A stretch of 64,000 nt of DNA from Candidatus Omnitrophota bacterium. GTDB lineage: Bacteria > Omnitrophota > Gorgyraeia > Duberdicusellales > 4484-171. The position numbers and the translations under genes were made by a program. Under the pieces are notes generated by a model. It was not told the DNA's origin. It saw nothing but the letters and a program-made list of their open reading frames with translations, and searched no databases. Shown piece after piece: positions 53,398 through 63,174 of this stretch; position 1 is the stretch's first letter, and the number at the start of each line of letters is the position of its first letter. Where the stretch lies: contig JAFGQU010000021.1 of assembly GCA_016935525.1 (NCBI GenBank), positions 15,028 to 79,027 on the forward strand, in the 5' to 3' direction.

Positions 53398-54120
53398 TTA
53401 CTTGCCAAACTCAGGTAATTTTTCATTTTCCAGGATCACCGGTAACGGTGAGGCATCTATCCTCATCCCCCCATCATGTTCTATCTTGATCGTGTAAAGA
53501 ACCCCGGGAACGAACATAGTACCGGGCGCCTCTATTTGAGCGTTTTTAATCCCCATCCGTTCTTTCGCTTTCGGTTTTAACGCATATTCCCAGAATCGTT
53601 CCCACAACTCTCTTTCAAAACGCCCATGGTACTGGTTCAGGCTATACCCGGCGGGAACAGTATCGATCTGGGTGATCGGGTATTCTTCGGTAGCATTACC
53701 GTGCAACATAAATACTTTCCAGAACAGATAGGCACTCTTTCCCCGTAATCTGTCTTTATTACGGATATGGATATCGTCAAACCGGATGACCAGCGATTGA
53801 AACTGGATGATGTTACCGGAAAAAGTGAAATATTTTGGTTCCAGGGGATCCCCTTGTGTATCATATTCGAGAAATTTGATAGTGGTATAGAGCCGTTGGT
53901 CGTTCTCGTCATATTCGACCGCGGTCACTAAGACGTGCGCGATACGGGAATCAGCTTCAAGACGCCTGATGATCTGGTTGAGGATTTCGATGCGGCGGAT
54001 ATGATTAAGATAGATATGCCCGGCAAGGACCAGGCCTGCGGCCAATAGAATGATGAAAATAATACGATTCATTATTTTTTTCATCGTCCAATTATACCTT
54101 CCGACCAGGCTAAATGCCAA
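53398..54120 (-). CDS. Membrane-anchored hypothetical protein
   Basis: The likely start is MKKIMNRIIFIILLAAG (signal anchor). Confidence 0.35.
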   Translation of the reverse strand: MAFSLVGRYNWTMKKIMNRIIFIILLAAGLVLAGHIYLNHIRRIEILNQIIRRLEADSRIAHVLVTAVEYDENDQRLYTTIKFLEYDTQGDPLEPKYFTFSGNIIQFQSLVIRFDDIHIRNKDRLRGKSAYLFWKVFMLHGNATEEYPITQIDTVPAGYSLNQYHGRFERELWERFWEYALKPKAKERMGIKNAQIEAPGTMFVPGVLYTIKIEHDGGMRIDASPLPVILENEKLPEFGK

Positions 54121-54207
54121 TATAATTTATAAAAGGATAATTTCATATCCTCAAGAACAATGGGCGGAATAAAAGTTTTATGGTAGAATGTCTTTCAAAA
54201 AACATTA

Positions 54208-54594
54208 ATGATCATGCGAATATTCCTTTTACTATCAATACTGATATCTCTTCTGGGGTGCGAGCTCATTCAGAGAGAGTCCCCGGCATATATGGTCATC
54301 GAAATAGCCGTCCATGATAAAAACATGTATGCCCAATATATCGAGGAAGTCTACCCCATCGTAAAAAAATACGGCGGGACATATCTTGTCCGCACCGAAA
54401 ACGTAGCCCCTATTACCGGCAATTGGCACCCTGAACGCATCATCATACTGAGATTCAAATCGATAACCGCTCTCCAGCGATGTTTTCAATCCGCGGAATA
54501 TACACGGATATCTCATCTGCGGGAAGATTCAACGACCTCAAAGGCGATTATTGTTGACGGTTATCCGTCTCTTAAACCGGTAGGCGCACCATGA
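54208..54594 (+). CDS. DUF1330-family protein (with N-terminal lipoprotein-type leader)
   Basis: 128 aa with the core MVIEIAVHD...YGGTYLVR...IIILRF...AIIVDG. Confidence 0.6.
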   Translation: MIMRIFLLLSILISLLGCELIQRESPAYMVIEIAVHDKNMYAQYIEEVYPIVKKYGGTYLVRTENVAPITGNWHPERIIILRFKSITALQRCFQSAEYTRISHLREDSTTSKAIIVDGYPSLKPVGAP

Positions 54595-55283
54595 AAAAAG
54601 ATTTGATCCGGGTTCGCCGGATCATGTTAACACGGTTGGTAGGCGGTTTTTTTCTGGTCTTCAGCCTGCTTTTTTTATGTGCCGGCCGGATCGATTATTG
54701 GCAGGGATGGGGGTTGGTCCTGGTGAGCGCGGCATTATTAGCGAGAACCTGTTTTTTAATAAAAGACAAATATACTCTTTTGCAGGAACGGGTCGAGCCC
54801 GGATCGGGCATGAAATGGTGGGATAAAATATTCCTATTGTTGTTTATTCTTTCTTTTTTGAGCGTTATCGCACTGGCCGGCCTGGAGAGCGGCCGGTTCC
54901 ACCGGACCGGCGCTTTGCCTGGGCTGATCTACCCATTAGGATATCTGCTTTTATTTCTGTCGCACTACGTGACCATATCGGCAATGTGTGCTAACGATTA
55001 TTTTTCAAGCATCGTACGTATACAAAAAGACAGAGATCACAAGGTCATCCAGGAGGGCCTTTACGGAATAATCCGTCATCCCGGTTATAGCGGCGGGATC
55101 CTGTTGGGATTCGCTGTCGCGTTCATGTTAGGTTCGAGATATGCGCTTATCCCGGCGTCGACCATGGCTTTACTGCTTATCGTACGTACTTATTTAGAAG
55201 AGATCACTCTCGAAAAAAATCTACCGGGATATACCGAATACACAAAAAAAGTAAAATACCGCATTGTTCCCGGACTCTGGTAA
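54591..55283 (+). CDS. Isoprenylcysteine carboxyl methyltransferase (ICMT/PEMT)-family membrane methyltransferase
   Basis: 230 aa with multiple TMs and a C-terminal GLYGIIRHPGYSG. Confidence 0.7.
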   Translation: MKKDLIRVRRIMLTRLVGGFFLVFSLLFLCAGRIDYWQGWGLVLVSAALLARTCFLIKDKYTLLQERVEPGSGMKWWDKIFLLLFILSFLSVIALAGLESGRFHRTGALPGLIYPLGYLLLFLSHYVTISAMCANDYFSSIVRIQKDRDHKVIQEGLYGIIRHPGYSGGILLGFAVAFMLGSRYALIPASTMALLLIVRTYLEEITLEKNLPGYTEYTKKVKYRIVPGLW

Positions 55284-55330
55284 AAAAGGGTTTTGACAAT
55301 AGCGTCGAATACAGGTATACCTATACTATT

Positions 55331-56107
55331 ATGGATTTTAAAGACGTCGCCATACACGCTGCCCGGGAAGCCGGAAGCGTCCATGAAAAATATTTTCAGA
55401 AAGATTTTTCTGTAACAGAGAAGACTTCTTCGTTCGATCTGGTGACTGTTGCCGACGTGGAAGCAGAACAGACAATAGTCTCACTTATCAAAAAACAGTA
55501 TCCCGACCATAATTTCCTCTGTGAAGAACAAAAATACGAAAAAACCGCATCACCGTACACCTGGATCATCGACCCTCTAGACGGGACAAACAATTTCTCA
55601 TCGGGGTTGCCGATTTTCTGTGTATCGATCGCTTTGATGGCCCATGACGAGATCATTCTCGGGACGATATACGATGTGACCCGTGACGAACTTTTCTTTG
55701 CCGAAAAAGGAAAAGGCTCTTTTCTTAACGATATTCCGATCAGAGTAAATGAAACCGCCGAACTCCAAAGGTCACTGTTGATCACGGGTTTTTATTATAA
55801 CCGCGGAGAAGAAATGATCGAGACCCTGGAAAACATAAAAAGTTTTTTTAAAAAACCTATTTTGGGGTTACGACGTCTGGGAGCCGCCGCGCTCGACCTT
55901 TGTTATGTCGCATCCGGGCGGGCCGCGGGATTTTGGGAATTTGAATTAAACCCCTGGGATTTTGCTGCCGGTAAACTCATTATCGAAGAAGCTCACGGCA
56001 AGATAACCGATAAGTATGGACAGACGGTCGATGCCGGAAAAAAATCATATATAGTCGCGTCGAACGGAAAAATCCACTCGCAGATGATAAAAATACTGAA
56101 AAGATAA
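55331..56107 (+). CDS. Inositol monophosphatase-family protein (SuhB-like)
   Basis: 258 aa with the metal-binding motifs EEQ and WIIDPLDGTNNF. Confidence 0.85.
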   Translation: MDFKDVAIHAAREAGSVHEKYFQKDFSVTEKTSSFDLVTVADVEAEQTIVSLIKKQYPDHNFLCEEQKYEKTASPYTWIIDPLDGTNNFSSGLPIFCVSIALMAHDEIILGTIYDVTRDELFFAEKGKGSFLNDIPIRVNETAELQRSLLITGFYYNRGEEMIETLENIKSFFKKPILGLRRLGAAALDLCYVASGRAAGFWEFELNPWDFAAGKLIIEEAHGKITDKYGQTVDAGKKSYIVASNGKIHSQMIKILKR

Positions 56108-56116
56108 TATCCCTCC

Positions 56117-57226
56117 ATGAAGATATTAATGCCTTTAAACCCCACTGACAATATTGATATATTGATAAAAGGGGGTGCCGACGAGTTCTATTGCGGGTTT
56201 ATCCCGCCTGAGAGCAAAAATACTTATGTGAATATCCTTACCGAATATGAAAATAATGATTTTACTACCATAGAAGAATTAAAGAATAAAGCTGACATAA
56301 TTCATTCCTATGGAAAAAAAATATTTGTTGTATTGAATTTTCAGTATTATACCGAAGCTTTTTTAGAAATTCTATTATCTACAATCGAAAAATTGAATGA
56401 ACTGCCTATCGACGCGTTCATTTTAAGCGACCTGGGGTTGATCACTCAAGTCCGCGTTCGTTTTCCGGAAATAGAAGTCCACTTATCTACCGTAACCGGC
56501 GCATTCAACACCTACGCCCTACGTTTTTTCCAGGATCTGGGAGTTACCCGGATCGTATTGCCTGACCATTTAAATAACGATGAGATCGCAGCCCTTACCC
56601 AACATGCCCCAAAAATGCAACTGGAAATATTTGTAATGAACAATCGCTGCATTCATCTTGAATGCCTATGCCGGTTCCACCATTGGCAAAAAGGGCAACC
56701 CCACCCCGCACCTTCATCTCTTTCACGTACAACCCTGGGCCATATCAAACGTATCCTCAGGCAATTTCCCCACAAAATATTAGGGTTATTATTCAATAAT
56801 CCGGTTATCAAAAAAGTATTCGAGAATATTCTCAATCAGACAAGAGACCTGCATGGATGCCGTCTTCCCTTTGATGTTTCTCCGCTCAATCTTCCGGCAA
56901 CTCGCGAACGTATTCAGAAAGCTCAAGAATTAGAAAGATATTTCGGACCATTCCATGTGTTTATGCGCTATCCTCCATGCGGCGCCTGCACCTTATATCG
57001 GGCCTGGCACCAGGGCATAGACGTGTTTAAAATAGACGGGAGGTTCAATCCGTTCAGCAAAAAACTCAAAGACCTGCGTTTTATCATAGAATGCGCCGGG
57101 TTCCTCGCTCAGGCAAAAGATGAAAAGGAATTTATTGTATTCTGTAAAAATCGCTTTAAAAAAATATTCGGACATCGTTGTACTCACGAACAATGTTATG
57201 ATCTGAATATCTGGATACAGAATTAA
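56117..57226 (+). CDS. Peptidase-U32-family protein (UbiU/RlhA/TrhP-type putative O2-independent hydroxylase component)
   Basis: 369 aa with the N-terminal U32 TIM-barrel signature (PLNP...GGADEFYCGF) and the Cys clusters CIHLECLC and PPCGAC. Confidence 0.65.
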   Translation: MKILMPLNPTDNIDILIKGGADEFYCGFIPPESKNTYVNILTEYENNDFTTIEELKNKADIIHSYGKKIFVVLNFQYYTEAFLEILLSTIEKLNELPIDAFILSDLGLITQVRVRFPEIEVHLSTVTGAFNTYALRFFQDLGVTRIVLPDHLNNDEIAALTQHAPKMQLEIFVMNNRCIHLECLCRFHHWQKGQPHPAPSSLSRTTLGHIKRILRQFPHKILGLLFNNPVIKKVFENILNQTRDLHGCRLPFDVSPLNLPATRERIQKAQELERYFGPFHVFMRYPPCGACTLYRAWHQGIDVFKIDGRFNPFSKKLKDLRFIIECAGFLAQAKDEKEFIVFCKNRFKKIFGHRCTHEQCYDLNIWIQN

Positions 57227-58029
57227 TGGAACACGCTTATTATCTCACTCACACAGAAAACCTTCAGGACATAGATTTGGAAAATTTTCACCGTATCTAT
57301 TACGGAGCGGAATTTTGCGAATATCTTCTTCCCCGGTGGGAAGAAATAGAGAAAGCGCTCGATTTCTGTAATGAGCAAAAAAAAACATTCAGTTTTCTCA
57401 CCCCTATTGTGTCCGCTTATGGGATAGATGTGTTGATTCCGATATTTAAACGACTCAACACCTACAGTACTACTCATAATAGAAAGGTCGAAGTCATTGT
57501 AAACGATTTAGGGATATTATCCCTCCTTAAAGAATATTCATCGTTAGGAAAAGTAATCGGCCGGCTGCTCAGCAAACAGAGAACCGATCCTCGTATTGTA
57601 CGCTATCAGGATGATTTCACCGAAAGTCAATTGGATACACTGTCTCATTCACAATTTTCAAAAAGTTTCTGCGCCGCCCTTAAGGAATACAATATCATCC
57701 GTATCGAACTAGATAATCCTTTCCAGGGAATAGCCGATAGTTTTATACAGAATGGATTAGGCGTTTCTCTTTACTACCCTCTGGTTTCGATCGCGACGAC
57801 CCGGTTATGCCTTTTCAATATCAATGAGACCTATCACCTGCCCGAAATCAAAGAATGCAAAAAGAAGTCATGTAAGGCTCTGGGCACTTTCCGGCTCACC
57901 CACTCGACCCTTCCTGTTCCAATATTATTACAAGGGAACGCCCAACTGTATGAAAACAAGTCTTTACCTCCTGAATTAGAAAAAAAGGGTATCGATCGTC
58001 TTATCCATAACATTGGAATAGTTACTTGA
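57226..58029 (+). CDS. Second peptidase-U32-like paralogue (UbiV-like partner)
   Basis: 267 aa with the U32-like N-terminus FHRIYYGAEFCEYL. Its start overlaps the upstream stop (ATGA-type overlap). Confidence 0.5.
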   Translation: MEHAYYLTHTENLQDIDLENFHRIYYGAEFCEYLLPRWEEIEKALDFCNEQKKTFSFLTPIVSAYGIDVLIPIFKRLNTYSTTHNRKVEVIVNDLGILSLLKEYSSLGKVIGRLLSKQRTDPRIVRYQDDFTESQLDTLSHSQFSKSFCAALKEYNIIRIELDNPFQGIADSFIQNGLGVSLYYPLVSIATTRLCLFNINETYHLPEIKECKKKSCKALGTFRLTHSTLPVPILLQGNAQLYENKSLPPELEKKGIDRLIHNIGIVT

Positions 58030-58082
58030 ACAGAATATATTATCCTTAAGAATAATATGAGCCATACAGATATAGAAGATTC

Positions 58083-58628
58083 ATGTCTTCATTAAACATC
58101 CCCACTCAATTTCCTGTTTTTACTATCGGCCATAGCACCCGCACTCAGGAAAAATTTCTCGCACTCCTTAATCAGCATGAAATAGATATGCTTGTTGATA
58201 TAAGAACCATTCCTCGTTCGCGACATAACCCTCAATTCAACCGGGAAATATTCGGTACGTTCTTAAGCAATCACCGGATAACCTATCTTCATCGGGACGG
58301 GTTAGGCGGATTACGGAAAATGAATAAAAATTCTCTGAACAACGCGTTAAAAAACAGATCATTCCGTGCGTACGCCGACTATATGGGAACCGATGGATTC
58401 CAACGTCATTTCACCGAACTGGTCCAAGAAACATATACTCACCGGCCGTGCCTTATGTGCGCAGAACTTCTCCCCTGGCGATGTCACCGCTGGCTTCTTG
58501 CCGATGCGTTCCACTTGGTCGGGATAAAGGTAACCCATATTGTTGATGAAACACATACCCAACCACACACTCCCCACCCCCATTTGAAAACAGACCTGTT
58601 CGGCCGCATGGTGTATCAAAATGGATAA
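58083..58628 (+). CDS. DUF488-family protein
   Basis: 181 aa containing FTIGHSTR...LVDIRTIPRSRHNPQF. Confidence 0.7.
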   Translation: MSSLNIPTQFPVFTIGHSTRTQEKFLALLNQHEIDMLVDIRTIPRSRHNPQFNREIFGTFLSNHRITYLHRDGLGGLRKMNKNSLNNALKNRSFRAYADYMGTDGFQRHFTELVQETYTHRPCLMCAELLPWRCHRWLLADAFHLVGIKVTHIVDETHTQPHTPHPHLKTDLFGRMVYQNG

Positions 58629-58630
58629 TT

Positions 58631-58902
58631 TCGTCGCGCGTATTGCGTACTGCGTATCGCGATTTACATGAAATATGTCCGCCTCCGGCAGACGAAATAT
58701 ACTCGCTCGCGCTCGTGGAATATGCTTACGCGAAATGAAATCCCGAAGGGATATCTAGTATTTCCTTGATTCATTTCTCGAGCCGTAAGGCGAAGAGAAA
58801 TACAATTGTATTTCCATCGCATTTGGACTGTATTTCAATAAAACCATTCCGCGCTTCAAATGTATCCCGGACGCGTTACGCGTGTCGCGTTACGCATTAC
58901 GA
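58631..58902. repeat. Convergent-gene spacer bounded by heptamer blocks (GCGTAYY)n / (CGCGTTA)n, with an internal 18-nt palindrome GAAATACAATTGTATTTC
   Basis: Left block tcgtcgcgcgtattgcgtactgcgtatcgcga (58631..58662), right block acgcgttacgcgtgtcgcgttacgcattacga (58871..58902), and the palindrome at 58797..58814. Confidence 0.6.
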
Positions 58903-59505
58903 TTAGAGGATGGGTTTTCGTTCCAGGAGTGCTCTTCCCAGAGTGGCCGAATCGATGTATTCGATCTGTGCGCCTTGGGGGACACCGATGCCGATACGAT
59001 AAATCTTTACCTGATAAGGAGAAAGTTTCTCTATTAAAAACTGGGCGGTAAGTTCTCCTTCGTTATCGGCATCGGTCGAGATGATCACTTCCGTCACCTC
59101 TTGCTTTTCTACCCGGCTGATAAGTTTGCGTATGCTTAAAGAGTCGGGACCGAACCCTTCTAAAGGAGAGATAGATCCTAACAAGACATAATATAATCCT
59201 TTATATTGTGACGTTTTTTCGATCGCAAGGATATCTTTAGGTTCTTCCACCACACAGACTATATGAGTATCCCGTTTAGGATTACTACAGATAGAACAAA
59301 TAGATTGGGACGAAAAGTTATTACATAATTCGCAGGGTTTGATATGGGAATGTACATCGAGGATCTTCCGGCTCAAGTCGGATGATTCTTTTTGCGACAG
59401 TTTCAGTATGTAAAACGCAATACGTTCAGCACTGCGTTTTCCCACACCCGGAAACCGCGATAGATGTTCGATCAATTCGTCTAATTCTTTGGGGAAACTA
59501 CTCAT
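58903..59505 (-). CDS. recR: Recombination protein RecR
   Basis: 200 aa with an HhH, the Cys4 zinc finger CELCNNFSSQSICSIC and a Toprim domain. Confidence 0.9.
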   Translation of the reverse strand: MSSFPKELDELIEHLSRFPGVGKRSAERIAFYILKLSQKESSDLSRKILDVHSHIKPCELCNNFSSQSICSICSNPKRDTHIVCVVEEPKDILAIEKTSQYKGLYYVLLGSISPLEGFGPDSLSIRKLISRVEKQEVTEVIISTDADNEGELTAQFLIEKLSPYQVKIYRIGIGVPQGAQIEYIDSATLGRALLERKPIL

Positions 59506-59512
59506 ATTCTTA

Positions 59513-59607
59513 GGTCACAAAGTCACACGTTTCAAATATTTTTTTTAAATGAGTTATTAATAGCTCTTTCTTTACGTGTGACCTTGTGACGTGTGTCGTG
59601 TGACGTG
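59513..59607. repeat. Inverted GTCACAC-type heptamer blocks flanking an AT-rich core between dnaX and recR
   Basis: Left block ggtcacaaagtcacacgt, right block acgtgtgaccttgtgacgtgtgtcgtgtgacgtg. Confidence 0.6.
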
Positions 59608-61290
59608 TTATACATCAAACGTCCCTTCAAACGTATCGAGGAGGTCATTTACCAGACCTTCCTCACCGGGGAAACCGTATTCTTTGCTCTGCATAGTATC
59701 GGGATTCCCTTTATCGGAAGCCTCTTCTTTCAAGAGAACAAATTTAATCCCGATTGCGGCGTTAAATTTCTTTTTCAGGCATTCTTCCAGATAAGAAGTA
59801 TTTTTAGCCTTCTCGACGATCTCTTTATGAAAAGAATATTGCCGGGAAAACCCTAATGTAAGTCTCTGCTTCTCATAGGAGATCAATGTCGATTCCGCAA
59901 GATACGAAGCAAGTGACATCCGTTCTTTCTTTATCTCAGAAAGGAATTCTTTCCAGCTTTGACGGATATATTCTAACGTCACGGTATCTACGACCTGTTC
60001 GGCCTGCGGCGGATCATCCTGAGAAAGTACCGTGTGAGGACCGTGCCGGGAAGGATTTTCTCCGATACCTTTAGGTGTAAGGATATCTTGTGCCGGCGCA
60101 AAATCGATATTTTTTTCTTTTTGCGGAGTAATTTCCGGTTGAGGTATTACCGGTTTTTGCGCAGACTGCTTTTGTTGAGGCCCGGGATGTTGAGGGTTAT
60201 CCTCAACCTGACAATATTTTATGAAGACTATTTCCAGGGGGATCCGTAACGAATCGAGTTTACGTCCCCAATCTTTTGCATCAAGCAGTAATTCGATCAA
60301 TTTCAGGATATCGGATATCCGGGTTTTTCGAGAAAGCTCTTTCAATATGTCTTTCGTCTGGGGCGACACATAGACCAGATCTTTAAGTACCTGCGGACTC
60401 AATTTCACTAAAGCGATATTACGCAGATGTTCGATGAAATACAGGAGAAAGGCGCCGAGGTCTTTCCCTTCTTCTACCAGGGTATTAAGGAAAGTCAGAG
60501 CATTCACGACATCTTTATTGATGATATAGCGAGTGACGGTATTTAATGTCTCTTCATCGATTATCCCCAGGAAAGAGGTGACTTCACCGGGATCTTTTTT
60601 GTCCAGAAGGATCGGGACAAACTGGTCAAGTAACGATTCGGCGTCACGGATGCTCCCGCCCGATACCCGGGCGATCGGATAAAACAATTTTTTATCCAGG
60701 GAGATATTTTCTTTCTCAGCGATATATTGGAGTTTTTCGACGATCTGTTCTGCCGGTAAAAGGTGAAATTGGAATTTCTGGCAACGGGAAAGGATCGTAG
60801 GCAATATCTTCTGAGGATGAGTCGTCGCAAAGATGAACTTTACATGGTGTGGCGGTTCTTCTAATGTCTTAAGTAACGCGTTGAACCCGTCCGTCGTGAT
60901 CTGATGGACTTCATCGATAATATATATCTTATAACGGGAATAGGTCGGCGAAAGCTTAACGTTTTCGCGTAATGTACGGATATCATCGATCCCGCGGTTA
61001 GAAGCGCCGTCGATCTCGATCACATCCAGAGATACTCCCCGGTCGATTTCGGTACAACTGGTACATTTCCCGCAAGGGGTAAGGGTAGGGCCTTCGAAAC
61101 AATTAAGCGACCTGGCGAGGATCCTCGCCAGACTTGTTTTACCTACCCCCCGGGGACCGCTGAAAAGGTAGGCATGATGGACCCGGTCACTGACAATCGC
61201 TTTTTTAAGTGCCGATACCACATGCGCCTGGCCGACGACTTCCTGGAAATTACGGGGACGATACTTTAGAGCAAATGCTTGATAATCCAT
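59608..61290 (-). CDS. dnaX: DNA polymerase III subunit gamma/tau
   Basis: 560 aa with the AAA+ Walker A GPRGVGKTS, the zinc module CGKCTSC and domain III. Confidence 0.9.
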   Translation of the reverse strand: MDYQAFALKYRPRNFQEVVGQAHVVSALKKAIVSDRVHHAYLFSGPRGVGKTSLARILARSLNCFEGPTLTPCGKCTSCTEIDRGVSLDVIEIDGASNRGIDDIRTLRENVKLSPTYSRYKIYIIDEVHQITTDGFNALLKTLEEPPHHVKFIFATTHPQKILPTILSRCQKFQFHLLPAEQIVEKLQYIAEKENISLDKKLFYPIARVSGGSIRDAESLLDQFVPILLDKKDPGEVTSFLGIIDEETLNTVTRYIINKDVVNALTFLNTLVEEGKDLGAFLLYFIEHLRNIALVKLSPQVLKDLVYVSPQTKDILKELSRKTRISDILKLIELLLDAKDWGRKLDSLRIPLEIVFIKYCQVEDNPQHPGPQQKQSAQKPVIPQPEITPQKEKNIDFAPAQDILTPKGIGENPSRHGPHTVLSQDDPPQAEQVVDTVTLEYIRQSWKEFLSEIKKERMSLASYLAESTLISYEKQRLTLGFSRQYSFHKEIVEKAKNTSYLEECLKKKFNAAIGIKFVLLKEEASDKGNPDTMQSKEYGFPGEEGLVNDLLDTFEGTFDV

Positions 61291-61323
61291 AAATGTCTAA
61301 ATCCTCAATGTTCAAGCACCAAT

Positions 61324-61400
61324 ATATAGTCGATAGTCGTTGGTCGACGGTCTTCAGTAATGAAACCAAAGACTCTAGACCATAGGCTAAAGACCGAAGG
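61324..61400. repeat. Heptanucleotide tandem repeat array (TAGTCGA/TGGTCGA/TAGACCA units)
   Basis: Reads atagtcgatagtcgttggtcgacggtcttcagtaatgaaaccaaagactctagaccataggctaaagaccgaagg. Confidence 0.75.
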
Positions 61401-61438
61401 ATTTTTTGGCCATTGATGTATATTTGAGAATTTACAAT

Positions 61439-61651
61439 TCATCTGTTCAAAGAAAACAACAACCCTATAAAAACGGCATAACTGAGCAATAACGCTACGC
61501 CTTCAAACCGACTTATTTTATCTTTTGCCTTCATCCCTGTAAAGAGAAGAATAGTGAATTTCCTCAGACTAAAAGTCCGAGGCTTCTTCACGTCCCGCCA
61601 AACTCCGTTCGGCGAAACATCCGCCTGAGGCGGATAATTTCTCGCATTCAT
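61439..61651 (-). pseudogene. Relic 3'-end fragment of a CaCA-family antiporter gene (duplicate of the 63175..63265 gene end)
   Basis: Its C-terminus KISRFEGVALLLSYAVFIGLLFS parallels the true gene end KISRFEGMVLLLGYVVFLGIVFTFS. About 85% nucleotide identity over about 90 nt, and the N-terminal part is unrelated. Confidence 0.6.
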
Positions 61652-61844
61652 CCCCGGTCTGAAGCCCGGGGATTTCTGCGTAGAAATTAAAAAGGCAATA
61701 CCGGTAATTCTAATTGTAATGCCAAAAGATCAATAATTACCGAATCATTACAGATGCCAATGCCCTCTCACAAAAATGATATTGAAAGATGCCTATCTCT
61801 TTCCGGAACGGATAACTTGTTGTATTATACCATAAAAACCGCTT

Positions 61845-63005
61845 TCACCGTGCGGCGGTTTTAGTAAACATGTCTGCAAAAAACTGTTTGATGTGTTGCT
61901 GAGCATCCTTCTCGTCAAACCAGTAGCCCACATCAAGCACAAAAGGGGTCATGGTTTTCTGGTCATTGATCAAAACCTGATAGGGAGCTAAAGAAGGTAT
62001 TACTTCACAATGGACGTAGTCAAGAGAACTGGTATCCATATAATCACTTACATAATCACGCACCATTACCTTGATCTTATCGGTTACTCTTACCAGCAGA
62101 GTGGCAACGGCACTTCCTCCGGAATGAGCTAAAAGGCCGATCCGTCGGCTATCAATAACATCCAGATAACTAAGATATTTTAGGACCAATAATGTTTCAT
62201 ACACACGAAGTCCCATAAGGCTGAACCCGTCTGTTAATAAATCCCGTGTGATGCGGTTTTCAACACTAGAATATGACCTCATCGCGCGGAAATAAGGCAT
62301 AACCACCGCATAGCCTTCATTCACTAATTCCCGACCCATATGGTAATCACGGAAAAATACATCAGATTCCCGATGACCGTGCAGCCCGATAACTGCCGGA
62401 TAAGGAGGCGGAATAGTCGCAGGAAGTAACAGTAACACGTGGAATCTCCCGACATGAATATCTTCGAACACAAGTTCTTTCTCCTGGTATCTTTCATAAT
62501 CACGCTGAGCGATAGTAGTGACCACTAACGTCTTTTTATCTAGATCGTCAATTAAAAATCCGATATTCAACCCTTCAATGATCAATTGTTTTAACTCAGC
62601 AGGATCCAATCTGATCCCACCCGATTCTTTCGGTGCCGAAACCGGGATAATCTGCGCTATATTAGGAATACATGTCTTGCCGGCAATAGGGCCTTTATAA
62701 TACCTACTCTCCAATGTTATTATTGTAGATGTATCTTTTTTCCGGATCATCTGATGTATATCATGCTCCAATTCTTCCCAAATAACAGGACGGCGATAAC
62801 GACGATGACGCTGGCTAAAGGTATAGTAGGGAGCAAGCCAATAATCCTGTTCGTAATCTCCCACAATATACGGTGAAGCAAAATCGACCTTTTCAATAAT
62901 ACCGTTATGTTTTCGAGAAGATGACAATAGCATGAATACACCGATAACAACCCCAACAGCAAAAATTGTGAGGCTATTCCTGCATTTTTTACCGAAACCG
63001 CACAT
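61845..63005 (-). CDS. Membrane-anchored alpha/beta-hydrolase-fold protein
   Basis: 386 aa with an N-terminal TM, a GxSxG-type nucleophile elbow (AHSGGS) and conserved His/Asp. Confidence 0.5.
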   Translation of the reverse strand: MCGFGKKCRNSLTIFAVGVVIGVFMLLSSSRKHNGIIEKVDFASPYIVGDYEQDYWLAPYYTFSQRHRRYRRPVIWEELEHDIHQMIRKKDTSTIITLESRYYKGPIAGKTCIPNIAQIIPVSAPKESGGIRLDPAELKQLIIEGLNIGFLIDDLDKKTLVVTTIAQRDYERYQEKELVFEDIHVGRFHVLLLLPATIPPPYPAVIGLHGHRESDVFFRDYHMGRELVNEGYAVVMPYFRAMRSYSSVENRITRDLLTDGFSLMGLRVYETLLVLKYLSYLDVIDSRRIGLLAHSGGSAVATLLVRVTDKIKVMVRDYVSDYMDTSSLDYVHCEVIPSLAPYQVLINDQKTMTPFVLDVGYWFDEKDAQQHIKQFFADMFTKTAAR

Positions 63006-63174
63006 AAAAATCCAGCTGCCCCTCTCTCCTCACATGAGCTCTTGGTAATAATGAATGCTCCCGGCAAGAGATAAAAATGTGATTGCCGTTACCGAAAAAT
63101 ACCTCTCTATATCGTAGATCCCATCCGTATTGATCCCGCTCCTCCGGAAGCGTATATCTGAAGAGATATCAATT

